DNA of 62,549 nt, counting the filler. It is 5 parts of 5 records of this genome, joined end to end, with 100 filler letters (N's around TTAATTAATTAA, not from the genome) between each part and the next. Parts side by side here need not be neighbours in the genome. Positions count along the whole stretch, not along the records: positions 1 to 19,759 come from DRR378314_1231; positions 19,860 to 28,790 come from DRR378314_1237; 3 more parts are not named here. One strand, given 5' to 3'. Positions 11,183-22,369 of this stretch are shown in pieces. How positions within the stretch are numbered: position 1 is the first letter of the stretch; each line of letters starts with the position of its first letter. The notes below the pieces were generated by a model that saw nothing but the letters and a program-made list of their open reading frames with translations, ran no database searches and was not told the origin of the DNA. The translations under genes were made by a program, and so were the position numbers.

Positions 11183-12079
11183 CTAGTTCGCAGGATTACG
11201 GGACTGGGATCCAAAATACTTGAAGAAGTCAGAATTTGGCGACAGGACAAGGGTCGTGTCATCGTCTGACATGGCATCAAGATACGCCTGCATGGAGCGA
11301 TAAAATCCGAAGAAATCCGGGTCCCTGCCAAATGCTTCGGCGAGGATTCTGTTTTTCTCACCATCACCTTCACCGCGCAGGATTTCACTATCCCGTTTAG
11401 CTTCCGCAATGAGGACTGTTCTCTCCCGTCCCGCATTGGCGCGAATACGCTCGGCAATCTCGGCACCTTCGGCGCGAATTTCCCGGGCTTCCTGTTCCCG
11501 CTGGGTCCGCATCCGGTCAAACACTTTTTCAGCATTTTCCTTCGGCAGATCCGCACGAACAATCCGCACGTCAACGATTTCCACACCACTGGAGGCAGTT
11601 TCTTTATTCACCTGCTCCTGAATCTGGTTCATCAACTGGCTGCGCTCACCGGAGACAATGGTATTCAACAGCTCCCGGCCGAGAACCTCCCGAACCTGAG
11701 AATTGAGCAGTGTCTCAATCCGGTCAAAAGCAACATTCAAACTTCCATATGACTGATAGTAGAGCAGTGGATTGACGATCTTGAAGCGGGCGAAGCTATC
11801 CACCTGCAACCGTTTCTGATCGCGGGTCAGATATTCGCTTCGTTCTGTCTGAGTGCCGGCGAAGGTGCTGACATTCAGGACACGTTTATCCACATAGACC
11901 ACATTCTGCACGAACGGGATCTTGAAGTTCAGGCCCGGCTTGGTGACAACCCGTTCCACGTTACCAAACTGCATGACCATGGCCTGCTGGGTTTCGTGCA
12001 CTGTATAAAGACCACTACTGGCCAACAGACCGGCAGCGACAACAATAATGGCAAGAACAATTCCGATGACTTTACCCAT
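11183..12079 (-). CDS. hflC: FtsH protease modulator HflC
   Basis: SPFH domain, FFGFYRSMQAY, LVLSPNSDFFKYF; translationally coupled to hflK. Confidence 0.95.
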   Translation of the reverse strand: MGKVIGIVLAIIVVAAGLLASSGLYTVHETQQAMVMQFGNVERVVTKPGLNFKIPFVQNVVYVDKRVLNVSTFAGTQTERSEYLTRDQKRLQVDSFARFKIVNPLLYYQSYGSLNVAFDRIETLLNSQVREVLGRELLNTIVSGERSQLMNQIQEQVNKETASSGVEIVDVRIVRADLPKENAEKVFDRMRTQREQEAREIRAEGAEIAERIRANAGRERTVLIAEAKRDSEILRGEGDGEKNRILAEAFGRDPDFFGFYRSMQAYLDAMSDDDTTLVLSPNSDFFKYFGSQSRNPAN

Positions 12080-13170
12080 TAGTTTGTCCCTCCCTTTTTC
12101 AGCTCATTCAGCGGAAGGTAAGGCACGACGCCCTGGCCGCCGCTATCATTATCAATGATCACCTTGTTTTTACCTTTCAGCACCTGCTGCAGGGTTTCAA
12201 GATAGATCCGCTCCCGCGTAACTTCGGGGGCCTTGCGGTATTCCTCAAAAATGGAATTGAACCGGGCGGCATCACCCTGGGCTTCAGAAATCACCTGCTG
12301 CTTATACCCTTCTGCTTCCTGACGCATTTTTTCCGCCAAGCCACGGGCCCGGGGAACAATGTCATTGGCATAGGCCAAGGCTTCGTTCTGTGCCCGCTCC
12401 TTATCGGCGGCAGCGGCCTGCACGTCAATAAAGGCTGGCCGAACGGCAGCTGGCGCTTCCGAATCTTCCAGTTTCAGTTCCGCAACCTGGACACCCATTT
12501 CATAGCCATCAAGAATTTCCTGCAGGCGAACCTGAACGTCATTCTGAATTTTCAGACGGCCATCGGTAATGGCAGCGATCAGCTTGGAGCGGCCAACCAC
12601 TTCGCGCATGGCACTTTCGGCAGCGGCTTTGATAGTCGCTTCCTGCTCAGCCACGTTAAAGAGGAAGTCACTGGCGTCTTTGATTTTCCATAGAACCGTA
12701 AAGCCAATGCTGACGATATTTTCATCACCCGTCAGCATCAGGCTTTCCTGAGGCACGGGTTGTTTGTTATCGCGGCTGTCCCGGCGGAAACCGATTTCCA
12801 CACTGTTCACCTTGGTCACGTTTGGTGTCAGGACAGTTTCAATAGGATAGGGTAGATGATAATTCAGACCGGACTGGGTAACGGCAACCTGTTCACCGAA
12901 GCGCAGAACAACGCCCTGCTGGTTGGTTTCCACTTTATAAAAGCCACTAATCAGCCAGCCAACAACAAGAACCAGCAAAATAACAAAAATACCCAGTTTT
13001 CCACCGCCACCGCCGGGGAGCGTATCTTTTAATTTTTCCTGACCTTTTTTAATGATGTCTTCAAGATTGGGAGGCTGCTGCCCACTGGGGCCCTGACCCC
13101 ATGGACCGCGGTTTCCACCGCCGCCGCCTTGCCATCCTCCACCATTGCCACCTTGATTGCTCCAAGGCAT
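12079..13170 (-). CDS. hflK: FtsH protease modulator HflK
   Basis: MPWSNQGG Gly-rich start, MLTGDENIV, APEVTRERIYLET, VVPYLPL. Confidence 0.95.
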   Translation of the reverse strand: MPWSNQGGNGGGWQGGGGGNRGPWGQGPSGQQPPNLEDIIKKGQEKLKDTLPGGGGGKLGIFVILLVLVVGWLISGFYKVETNQQGVVLRFGEQVAVTQSGLNYHLPYPIETVLTPNVTKVNSVEIGFRRDSRDNKQPVPQESLMLTGDENIVSIGFTVLWKIKDASDFLFNVAEQEATIKAAAESAMREVVGRSKLIAAITDGRLKIQNDVQVRLQEILDGYEMGVQVAELKLEDSEAPAAVRPAFIDVQAAAADKERAQNEALAYANDIVPRARGLAEKMRQEAEGYKQQVISEAQGDAARFNSIFEEYRKAPEVTRERIYLETLQQVLKGKNKVIIDNDSGGQGVVPYLPLNELKKGGTN

Positions 13171-13307
13171 GGGATAATCTCTCCTCTTTAGTCTTTAGCA
13201 AAATTGCTAACTTGTGTAACAAGGGTTATATGACACCCTGAACCATTCTGCAATGTACCAGCAGGACGTTGTATACCCATTTTGTAAGGATCTTGGAGTT
13301 TTCAAGT

Positions 13308-14435
13308 ATGGCGACCGTAACCGAACAGGCAATTCTCACTCATTTAGCCCGGATCACGGAGAAAAAAAGCGGCAAGGACATCATCTCCTTAGGCATGGTC
13401 ACCGGCCTTGTGATCAAGGATGGCAATGTTGCCTTTGCCCTGGAAATTGACCCCAAAGACGCCGGGGAGATGGAAATTCTCCGAAAGGAAGCTGAACAGG
13501 CCGTTTATGGCATGGACGGTGTAACCTCCGTCAGTGTGGTTCTCACCGCCGAAAAATCAGCCGCCGGACAAGCCGCCCCGCAATCTGCTGGCGGCCCGAA
13601 ACAGCCACCGCAACAGCAGCAGCCGCAGCAAAAACCCGAAGTGCCGGGTGTGGCCTCGATCATCGCTGTGGCCTCCGGCAAGGGCGGCGTTGGCAAATCC
13701 ACCTGCGCCGTCAACCTCGCCCTCGGCCTGAAGGCACAAGGGTTGAATGTCGGGATATTGGATGCGGATATTTACGGACCCTCCCTGCCCCGCATGCTGG
13801 GCATTTCCGGCAAACCCAAAACCACCGATAGCAAAAAACTGCAACCCATGGAAAACTGGGGCCTGAAAGTCATGTCCATGGGCTTTCTGGTTGAAGAAGA
13901 CACGCCAATGATCTGGCGCGGCCCCATGGTCATGAGCGCCCTGCAACAAATGATCTTTGAGGTTAACTGGGGGGAACTTGACGTGCTGGTTGTCGATATG
14001 CCGCCCGGAACCGGTGACGCCCAACTGACCATGGCGCAGCGGGTCCCGCTAACCGGCGCGGTGATCGTCTCCACCCCGCAGGACATTGCCCTGCTGGATG
14101 CGCGAAAGGGCCTCAACATGTTCCGAAAAGTCGAGGTTCCCGTGCTTGGCATTATCGAGAATATGAGCTATTTCCTCTGCCCATCCTGCGGGGATCGCAG
14201 CGATATCTTCGGCCATGGCGGCGCTCGGGAGACAGCAGAGAAACTCGGCACCGATTTCCTGGGCGAAGTGCCTTTGCATATGCAGATCCGCGAAACCTCC
14301 GATGCGGGCACGCCCATCACGGCCACGGAACCCGATAGCGAGCATGCCAAAATCTACACGGACATTGCCGCCAAGGTTCAAGACAAGATCGAAGCCGAAC
14401 TGGCGAGCACAGGACCCGCGTTCGTGGTCGAATAA
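13308..14435 (+). CDS. apbC: Mrp/ApbC (NBP35) Fe-S cluster carrier ATPase
   Basis: SGKGGVGKST, DADIYGPS, WRGPM, DMPPGTGD, ENMSYFLCPSC; ATG at 13308 after GGAG. Confidence 0.93.
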   Translation: MATVTEQAILTHLARITEKKSGKDIISLGMVTGLVIKDGNVAFALEIDPKDAGEMEILRKEAEQAVYGMDGVTSVSVVLTAEKSAAGQAAPQSAGGPKQPPQQQQPQQKPEVPGVASIIAVASGKGGVGKSTCAVNLALGLKAQGLNVGILDADIYGPSLPRMLGISGKPKTTDSKKLQPMENWGLKVMSMGFLVEEDTPMIWRGPMVMSALQQMIFEVNWGELDVLVVDMPPGTGDAQLTMAQRVPLTGAVIVSTPQDIALLDARKGLNMFRKVEVPVLGIIENMSYFLCPSCGDRSDIFGHGGARETAEKLGTDFLGEVPLHMQIRETSDAGTPITATEPDSEHAKIYTDIAAKVQDKIEAELASTGPAFVVE

Positions 14436-14454
14436 AAGCTAATTTTCAGCAAAT

Positions 14455-14488
14455 AAAAAAAAGCCCGGGAATTTGCCCGGGCTTTTTT
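14455..14488. terminator. bidirectional intrinsic terminator between apbC and ppdK
   Basis: aaaaaaaagcccggg-aatttg-cccgggctttttt. Confidence 0.85.
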
Positions 14489-14509
14489 GTGTCTTTTTGA
14501 AACCTGCGC

Positions 14510-17188
14510 TTACGCTTCTGATTCTCGGCTGACGCCGAGGGCTGCTTGCGCGGCGGCCAGGCGGGCGATGGGCACCCGGTAAGGCGAGCAGGAAACATAA
14601 TCAAGCCCGACTTTTTCGCAGAAATCGATGCTGCTGGGATCTCCGCCATGTTCCCCGCAGATGCCCAGTTTGATGTCTTTTCGGGTTTCCCGGCCGCGAT
14701 CAGCAGCGATCTGCACCAATTCGCCCACACCATCCTGATCGAGGGAGACAAAAGGATCCACTTCGTAGATGCCCTGATTGACATATTCTTCCAGGAAAGA
14801 GCCACTGTCATCGCGGCTGATGCCGTAGGTGGTCTGCGTCAGATCATTGGTACCGAAGGAGAAAAACTCCGCCTGATTGGCAATATGACCGGCCTGCAGC
14901 GCCGCGCGCGGCAACTCGATCATGGTGCCGATCAGATATTCGACATTCACGCCGGTTTCCTCTTCTATGGTTTTGGCAACCGCTTCGATTTTGCCTTTGA
15001 GGATTTCCAGTTCCCGCTCAGTCGCGACCAGTGGGATCATGATCTCGGGGATCACGGTCTCGCCAAGTTCTTTGGAAACGCTGGCGGCGGCTTCCAAAAT
15101 GGCGCGGGCCTGCATCTCATAAATTTCCGGGAAGGAAATGCCAAGACGGCACCCGCGGTGACCCAGCATGGGATTGAATTCGTGCAGTTGCAGGGCACGG
15201 TGGCGCAATTTTTTGGCATCCGCACCCAAGGCAGCGGCCAGGTCGTCAATTTCCGCATCGGATTTGGGCAGGAATTCATGCAACGGCGGATCCAGCAGAC
15301 GCACGGTGACCGGCAAGCCGGACATAATGCGGAACAGTTCCACAAAGTCAGCCCGCTGCACCGGCAGTAATTTGGCAAGTGCTTCTTCGCGGTCTTCAAG
15401 GCTGTCCGCCAGGATCATCTGGCGCACGGCGACAATCCGGTCCGCATCAAAGAACATATGCTCAGTCCGGCAAAGGCCAATGCCTTCGGCACCGAATTTA
15501 CGCGCGGTTTCAGCGTCCAGTGGCGTTTCCGCATTGGTCCGGATTTTGAGCCGGCGGATATCATCCGCCCATTCCATCAGCGCCCCAAAGGTGCCTGACA
15601 GTTCCGGCAGAATCATATCAACAGAGCCGAGCATCACTTCACCCGTGCCGCCATCAATGGTGATGATATCGCCCTTGTTCAGGGTCTGGCCCATAACGCT
15701 TAAGGTTTCGTCCCGATAATCAATGCTGAGCGATCCAGCGCCGGACACACAGGCCCGGCCCATGCCGCGCGCAACCACCGCCGCGTGGGAAGTCATGCCG
15801 CCCCGGCTGGTCAGAATGCCTTTTGCCGCATGCATGCCATGAATGTCTTCAGGACTGGTTTCAATCCGCACCAGAATGACCGCTACGCCTTCACCGGCGA
15901 GCTTTTCAGCCTCGTCACTATTGAACACGATCTGACCGGATGCCGCCCCGGGAGAGGCCGGCAAACCACGGGCAATCACGTTCTTGTCGGCATTTGGATC
16001 CAGGGTCGGATGCAGCAGCTGATCCAGGGATTGTGGCTCGATCCGCTTGACGGCTTCTTCCTTGCTGATCAGATCCTCTTTGACCATATCCACAGCGATT
16101 TTAAGGGCGGCATTGGCGGTGCGTTTACCCGAACGGGTCTGCAACATCCAAAGCTTGCCCTGCTGAACGGTGAATTCAATGTCCTGCATATCTCGGTAAT
16201 GCGCTTCCAGCTTTTTATAAACCGCCACCAGCTCTGCATAGACTTCAGGGAACAGCTCTTCCATGGAGGGATCTTCGGATCCGGCTTCCTCGCGGGAGGC
16301 TTTGGTCAGGTTCTGCGGTGTGCGAATACCGGCCACCACATCCTCGCCCTGCGCGTTTACCAGAAATTCCCCGTAAAAGAGTTTCTCACCGGTGGACGGA
16401 TCGCGGGTAAAGGCAACGCCCGTGGCGCTGTCATCACCCATATTACCAAAGACCATGGCCTGCACATTGACGGCAGTGCCCCATTCCGCCGGGATGTCAT
16501 GCAGACGGCGATAGGTAATCGCCCGCTGGTTCATCCAGGAGCCGAAAACCGCACTGATGGCGCCCCAAAGCTGATCCTGAACATCCTGCGGGAACGGACG
16601 GCCCAACTCTTCGTGAACCTTGGCTTTATACTGATCAACCAGTTTCACCCAGTCATCAGCCGACAGATCGGTGTCCAGGTGATAGTTATTTTCCTCTTTG
16701 AGGATTTCGAGCAATTCTTCGAAATGGTGATGTTCGACTTCCAGAACCACATCGGAATACATCTGGATAAACCGGCGATAGCTGTCATAGGCGAAGCGCC
16801 GATCCCCGGACTGAGCGGCAAGCCCTTCGACCGTTTCATCGTTCAGACCCAGGTTCAAAACCGTGTCCATCATGCCGGGCATGGACGCCCGCGCACCAGA
16901 GCGAACAGAAACCAGCAAGGGCTGGTTTTTATCGCCAAACCTGCCGCCGACCGAGCTTTCAATCTGGGCAACTGCGGCATCAACCTGCGCCGCCAGATCA
17001 TCCGGATACTGCTGGTCATTGTCATAATAGGCTGTGCAGACTTCAGTGGAGAGGGTAAAGCCCGACGGAACCGGCAAACCCAGATTGCTCATTTCCGCAA
17101 GATTGGCGCCTTTCCCTCCCAGGAGGTTCCGCATATCAGCCGTTCCGTCCGCTGCGCCGTCACCAAAGGAATATACCCACTTCGTCAT
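14510..17188 (-). CDS. ppdK: pyruvate, phosphate dikinase
   Basis: LGGKGANLAEM, GGMTSHAAVVARG phospho-His motif, FFSFGTNDLTQ, GICGEHGG. Confidence 0.97.
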   Translation of the reverse strand: MTKWVYSFGDGAADGTADMRNLLGGKGANLAEMSNLGLPVPSGFTLSTEVCTAYYDNDQQYPDDLAAQVDAAVAQIESSVGGRFGDKNQPLLVSVRSGARASMPGMMDTVLNLGLNDETVEGLAAQSGDRRFAYDSYRRFIQMYSDVVLEVEHHHFEELLEILKEENNYHLDTDLSADDWVKLVDQYKAKVHEELGRPFPQDVQDQLWGAISAVFGSWMNQRAITYRRLHDIPAEWGTAVNVQAMVFGNMGDDSATGVAFTRDPSTGEKLFYGEFLVNAQGEDVVAGIRTPQNLTKASREEAGSEDPSMEELFPEVYAELVAVYKKLEAHYRDMQDIEFTVQQGKLWMLQTRSGKRTANAALKIAVDMVKEDLISKEEAVKRIEPQSLDQLLHPTLDPNADKNVIARGLPASPGAASGQIVFNSDEAEKLAGEGVAVILVRIETSPEDIHGMHAAKGILTSRGGMTSHAAVVARGMGRACVSGAGSLSIDYRDETLSVMGQTLNKGDIITIDGGTGEVMLGSVDMILPELSGTFGALMEWADDIRRLKIRTNAETPLDAETARKFGAEGIGLCRTEHMFFDADRIVAVRQMILADSLEDREEALAKLLPVQRADFVELFRIMSGLPVTVRLLDPPLHEFLPKSDAEIDDLAAALGADAKKLRHRALQLHEFNPMLGHRGCRLGISFPEIYEMQARAILEAAASVSKELGETVIPEIMIPLVATERELEILKGKIEAVAKTIEEETGVNVEYLIGTMIELPRAALQAGHIANQAEFFSFGTNDLTQTTYGISRDDSGSFLEEYVNQGIYEVDPFVSLDQDGVGELVQIAADRGRETRKDIKLGICGEHGGDPSSIDFCEKVGLDYVSCSPYRVPIARLAAAQAALGVSRESEA

Positions 17189-17224
17189 TTTTATGTCCAC
17201 TTTTCGCTCAACGTTAGCTTTAGG

Positions 17225-19282
17225 CTAGCCTTCCACTTTCGAAAGGTCAGCCAGTTGGTCCAGAGAGTTGCGAATGCTGGCCAGCAGTCGCAGGCGGTTC
17301 GACCGGGTATCGGCGTCATCCGCATTTACAATTACACTGTCGAAAAAGGCATCCACAGGTTTGCGTAAAGTCGCGGCCGCCTTGCTGGCCACCTCGAACT
17401 CATCAGCCCCCAATGCCCCGGCCATCAGACCAGAAACCTCTTCAATACGCTCAAAAAGGTTAATTTCTGCTTCCTCGATGAGAAGTTTTTTCTCCGGCTG
17501 GCTGTCATAAGCCACGCCATCCTTCTTCTCTTCGATCCGCAAAATATTTGCCGCCCGGCGATAGGCGGTCAGCAGATTGGCTCCATCTTCGCTTTCCAGA
17601 AAACCGGAAAGAGCACTGACCTGCGCCATCAGACGGACCAGATCGCTGGTCTCCTCCAAGGCAAATACCGCTGTCACGTAATCGTGGCGAACATTCTGTT
17701 CTTTCAAATGAACTTTCAACCGATCGGCAAAGAAGTCCAGCAGTTCACCGGGCACCAGTTTCTGCTCAATCCCCTGCTGCGCATCAGCGATTTTGAAAAT
17801 TTCAACCAACGGCAGGCGCAGATTATTTTCCAGCACCAGCCGGATCACCCCAAGGGCCGCCCGGCGAAGGGCGTAGGGATCTTTGGAGCCGGTTGGTTTT
17901 TCATCCATGGCAAAGAAACCAACCAGCGTGTCGATTTTATCTGCCAGCGCAACCACCACACTGACCGGATCGGACGGGCATTGATCGGTTGGGCCAAGCG
18001 GTGAATAATGATCCTGCACCGCTGCGGCAACCGCCATATCCTCTCCATCATGGACCGCATAATAGCGACCGATCAGGCCCTGCAAATCGGCGAATTCGCC
18101 GACCATTTCCGTGGTCAGGTCCGCCTTGCACAGAAGCGCCGCCCGGGCACATAACGCAGGATCTGCATCGGTGACATAAGGGGCAATCGCAGCGGCCAGC
18201 GCCTGGATCCGCTCCACTTTTTCGCGAACGGTGCCAAGACGCGCATGAAATACAACTTTTTCCAGGGCCGGCAACCGGCTCTCAAGGGTGGTTTTACGGT
18301 CCAGATCCCAAAAGAATTTCGCATCCGACAGGCGGGCGCTTAACACCCGCTCATTGCCGGCGGTGATTTTCTGGCCGCCATCATCAGCCCGCAGATTGGC
18401 AACGGTAATGAAGCGCGGGGCCATCTTGCCGCTGTCATCGGCGAGGGAGAAATATTTCTGGTGACTGCGCATGGCGGAAATCAAGGCTTCCTGCGGCACG
18501 TCCATGAACTGCGGATCAATCGCCCCGATCAGGGCTTCGGGCCATTCAACAAGACCTGCAACCTCGGCCAACAGACCCGGATCGTCGATCAGCTCCAACC
18601 CTTCATCTTCGGCAAGGCGCTTGGCATCCTTGGCGATAATCTCCCGGCGCTCCGTGTCTTCGAGCACCACATAAGCACTTCGAAGGCGGGCTTTGTAATC
18701 GTCAAATCCGGTGACGGTAAAGGCCTCTGGCGCCATGAACCGATGGCCGAAGGTTTTATCATTGGCAGTCAGATGTTCCCACGCAACGGGCAAAGCCGCC
18801 CCGTCAAACAGACAGAGGATATTATGCAACGGCCGGACCCAGCGGGCTTTGTGATCGCCCCATTTCATCGGTTTTGGCCACGGCAGATTGCCCAGCGCAT
18901 CGGGGATCAGCTTCATCAGCACATCCCGGGTGAGCCCGCCCTTGGTTTCCACCACGGCATAATAAAAGGCACCCTTTGGTGTTTCCCGCTCCTCCAGCTG
19001 GTCGCGCTGCAACCCGGTTGAGCGTAAAAATCCATCCAGCGCTTTATCCGGTGCGCCAACCCGGGGGCCCCGGCGCTCCTCCGATGTGTCGGGTTGCGAC
19101 AAAGGCAAACCGGTCAGTGACAGGCTCAAACGGCGCGGCGTTGAATAGGACGCCGCTGTCTCAACTGTAATGCCCGCCTCTTTCAAGGCAGCCGTGACCA
19201 ATCGCTCCAGATCAGAAGCGGCTTTCACCTGCATGCGGGCTGGAATTTCTTCTGAAAAGAGTTCGAGCAATAAATCAGCCAT
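17225..19282 (-). CDS. glyS: glycine--tRNA ligase beta subunit
   Basis: LLLELFSEEIPARM, GNERVLSARLSDA, PTGSKDPYALRR. Confidence 0.96.
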   Translation of the reverse strand: MADLLLELFSEEIPARMQVKAASDLERLVTAALKEAGITVETAASYSTPRRLSLSLTGLPLSQPDTSEERRGPRVGAPDKALDGFLRSTGLQRDQLEERETPKGAFYYAVVETKGGLTRDVLMKLIPDALGNLPWPKPMKWGDHKARWVRPLHNILCLFDGAALPVAWEHLTANDKTFGHRFMAPEAFTVTGFDDYKARLRSAYVVLEDTERREIIAKDAKRLAEDEGLELIDDPGLLAEVAGLVEWPEALIGAIDPQFMDVPQEALISAMRSHQKYFSLADDSGKMAPRFITVANLRADDGGQKITAGNERVLSARLSDAKFFWDLDRKTTLESRLPALEKVVFHARLGTVREKVERIQALAAAIAPYVTDADPALCARAALLCKADLTTEMVGEFADLQGLIGRYYAVHDGEDMAVAAAVQDHYSPLGPTDQCPSDPVSVVVALADKIDTLVGFFAMDEKPTGSKDPYALRRAALGVIRLVLENNLRLPLVEIFKIADAQQGIEQKLVPGELLDFFADRLKVHLKEQNVRHDYVTAVFALEETSDLVRLMAQVSALSGFLESEDGANLLTAYRRAANILRIEEKKDGVAYDSQPEKKLLIEEAEINLFERIEEVSGLMAGALGADEFEVASKAAATLRKPVDAFFDSVIVNADDADTRSNRLRLLASIRNSLDQLADLSKVEG

Positions 19283-19284
19283 GA

Positions 19285-19759
19285 TCACGCCTCCCCTTCC
19301 AGATGGCCGCGGTTGCGCAGCCATTGTTCGGCGCAGCCTTTGGCAAGTGCACGAACCCGGCCGATATAGGCGGCCCGCTCGGTCACGCTGATAACCCCAC
19401 GGGCATCCAGCAGGTTAAATAAATGAGAGGCTTTCATGCACTGATCATAAGCGGGCAGGCAAAGACCTGCGCCAAGGATTGTCTGGCACTGGGTTTCCGC
19501 ATCTTCAAACTGGCGCAGCAGAATATCTACATTGGAATGTTCAAAGTTAAAGGCTGACTGCTCCTGCTCGTTTTGCAGGAACACATCCGCATAGGTCACA
19601 CCGGCATCATTCCATTTCAGGTCATACATCCGGTCAACACCCTGCACATACATGGCAAGACGTTCCAGCCCGTAGGTCAGTTCCCCCGATACCGGGCTGC
19701 AGTCAAAACCGCCAACCTGTTGAAAATACGTGAACTGGCTGACTTCCATGCCATCGCAC
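19285..19759 (-). CDS. glyQ: glycine--tRNA ligase alpha subunit, 3' part (5' end cut by contig end)
   Basis: [42 protein letters not shown]. Confidence 0.95.
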
Positions 19760-19859
19760 NNNNNNNNNNNNNNNNNNNNNNNNNNNNNNNNNNNNNNNNN
19801 NNNTTAATTAATTAANNNNNNNNNNNNNNNNNNNNNNNNNNNNNNNNNNNNNNNNNNNN
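19760..19859. other. artificial contig spacer
   Basis: N44-TTAATTAATTAA-N44 (stops in all six frames); flanks are unrelated partial genes. Confidence 0.97.
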
Positions 19860-20357
<498 letters not shown>

Positions 20358-20381
20358 TCCCGTCCATTAGGGGGATTCGCT

Positions 20382-20810
20382 ATGGCGAATAGCTTCACTT
20401 GCAATATCGTCAGCGCTGAAGATTCCATCTTCTCAGGTACTGTCGAGATGGTGGTAGCTGCAGGGATTATGGGTGACCTCGGCATTTTGCCGGGGCACAC
20501 CCCGCTGCTGACCGAGCTTCAACCGGGCCCGGTTCGCGTGATCCACGATGGTGGCAAGGAAGAGCACTTCTTTGTCACGGGTGGCTTTATGGAAGTACAG
20601 CCCACCACTGTTACGATCCTGGCAGATGCAGCGACGCGTGCTAGTGACCTCGACGAGGCCGCTGCTGAAGAAGCGCGTCAGCAGGCGTTGAAAGCCTTTA
20701 ATGAAAAGTCATCGGAGCTGGATTATACCCGTGCTGCCGCTGAACTTGCCGAAGCCGTTGCACAGCTGCGAACGATTCAGCAGCTGCGCAAAAAGGCGGG
20801 TAAAGGCTAA
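20382..20810 (+). CDS. atpC: F1 ATP synthase epsilon subunit
   Basis: GDLGILPGHTPL, GGFMEVQP; follows atpD. Confidence 0.96.
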   Translation: MANSFTCNIVSAEDSIFSGTVEMVVAAGIMGDLGILPGHTPLLTELQPGPVRVIHDGGKEEHFFVTGGFMEVQPTTVTILADAATRASDLDEAAAEEARQQALKAFNEKSSELDYTRAAAELAEAVAQLRTIQQLRKKAGKG

Positions 20811-20830
20811 GACACGCGCTAGCGTGCATA

Positions 20831-20873
20831 AAGCGCTCCTTGAACCCGAAAGGGTTTAAGGAGCGTTTTTTTT
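20831..20873 (+). terminator. atp operon terminator
   Basis: cgctccttgaaccc-gaaa-gggtttaaggagcg followed by T8. Confidence 0.85.
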
Positions 20874-20965
20874 GTCTGGTACTATGAGAAAACGCATTCA
20901 GCGTAGGGATGCTCGTCTGTAACACTTCACCTGCACAATATGCGTCTGCACAAAGGGAGATAGCG

Positions 20966-22348
20966 ATGTCATTGAACGATGAAGCCTTGCAGGAATTAAA
21001 AACCGAACTGCTCGACGAGTTGGCCAAGGAAGCGCCTAGTAAATCAGTACTATCTTTGCGTTTGGCCGAAACCCGCTCGGCGGATATCGGTGAAGTGCTT
21101 GAGGAGATGATTGAAGACGATGAGGAGTTGCCTGCGGCACTCTGCCTGTTGGATATTCTGTCTGCCGAGCGCGCTGCCAATGTCCTGGGTTATTTACCAG
21201 GAGAAAGCCAGCTTGAGGTAGTTGGTAAGCTGTCGGATACCCAGGTGCTTAAGCTTCTTGAAGAGATGGGCTCCGATGAACGGGCGGATTTATTTAACCT
21301 CTTAGATGAGGACCGTCGAGAAGCGTTGTTGCGCCGTATGGCTCACCAAGAGCGAGAAGATCTTAAACGCCTAGCAAGCTACGAAGAAGGTACCGCTGGC
21401 GCCATCATGACCTCTGACTATGTCGCCATAGCCAGTGGCATGACGGTGTCACAAGCCATGATGCGGGTTCGCCAAACGGCCCCAGATGCGGAAACGGTCT
21501 ACCAGCTTTATGTGCTCGACAGCGATGGGCAACTGATTGGCACTATGTCACTGCGCCAACTGATGATCGCTCGTCCCGGGGCGTTAGTTGACGACATTAT
21601 GATTAAAGATGTGATTAGTACGCCTGTGGATGAAGAGCAGGAAGAAGTCGCTCGTATTGTTGCCCGCTACGATTTATTGGCACTGCCGGTGTTAGACGCC
21701 GAGGGACGCATGGTTGGCATCGTCACCCACGATGACGCCATGGATGTTGCCGAATCTGAAGCCACAGAAGATATCCACAAGGGGATGTCTATCGGCCAGT
21801 TAGAGGATGGTGTTAGCCGTGTTCCGCTGTGGAGCCTTTACCGCAAGCGTGTTACCTGGCTGGTACTGCTGGTATTTGCCAATCTTTTTTCAGGCGCTGG
21901 CATTGCCTACTTTGAAGACACGATCGCAGCCCAAGTTGCGCTGGTTTTTTTCCTGCCGTTACTGATTGGTAGTGGAGGTAACGCGGGGGCTCAGGCAGCT
22001 ACGTTGATGGTACGCGGTATGGCGACTGGCGATATTGGCGTGAAAGACTGGAGTAAGATGCTAGGCCGTGAACTGCTGGTCGCTGGCTCTCTGGGCCTTA
22101 CCATGGCAATTGCAGTCGCACCTATCGGGATTTTTCGTGGCGGTGAAGCAGTTGCCATCATCGTGGCGTTAAGCATGGTGACCATTGTTCTGTTTGGTAG
22201 CATGATCGGTATGTGCCTACCGTTTGTACTAGAACGCTTTAAGGTCGACCCTGCCACTGCTTCAGCCCCGCTGGTAACAACGTTAATTGATGCCTCTGGG
22301 GTACTGATTTACTTCACCATTGCCACCGCCATATTAACAAACGTATAG
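20966..22348 (+). CDS. mgtE: magnesium transporter MgtE
   Basis: N-domain, CBS pair (TAGAIMT..), GSGGNAGAQ, DPATASAPLVTTLIDASG. Confidence 0.94.
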   Translation: MSLNDEALQELKTELLDELAKEAPSKSVLSLRLAETRSADIGEVLEEMIEDDEELPAALCLLDILSAERAANVLGYLPGESQLEVVGKLSDTQVLKLLEEMGSDERADLFNLLDEDRREALLRRMAHQEREDLKRLASYEEGTAGAIMTSDYVAIASGMTVSQAMMRVRQTAPDAETVYQLYVLDSDGQLIGTMSLRQLMIARPGALVDDIMIKDVISTPVDEEQEEVARIVARYDLLALPVLDAEGRMVGIVTHDDAMDVAESEATEDIHKGMSIGQLEDGVSRVPLWSLYRKRVTWLVLLVFANLFSGAGIAYFEDTIAAQVALVFFLPLLIGSGGNAGAQAATLMVRGMATGDIGVKDWSKMLGRELLVAGSLGLTMAIAVAPIGIFRGGEAVAIIVALSMVTIVLFGSMIGMCLPFVLERFKVDPATASAPLVTTLIDASGVLIYFTIATAILTNV

Positions 22349-22369
22349 CTTGTTTTTAGGCCGCTAGTT

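Noticed and set aside
13600-13635. CAG/CCG-rich run (QPPQQQQPQQ) in apbC
   Set aside because: Ordinary low-complexity linker between Mrp domains
15785-17368. Long antisense ORFs (also 3536-4594, 28963-30075, 30821-32254, 38548-39540, 40670-42199)
   Set aside because: Shadow frames opposite well-supported genes in GC-rich, codon-biased DNA; no protein motifs
19804-19815. TTAATTAATTAA palindrome recurring four times
   Set aside because: Always centred in N runs; an artificial six-frame stop linker, not a biological repeat or CRISPR
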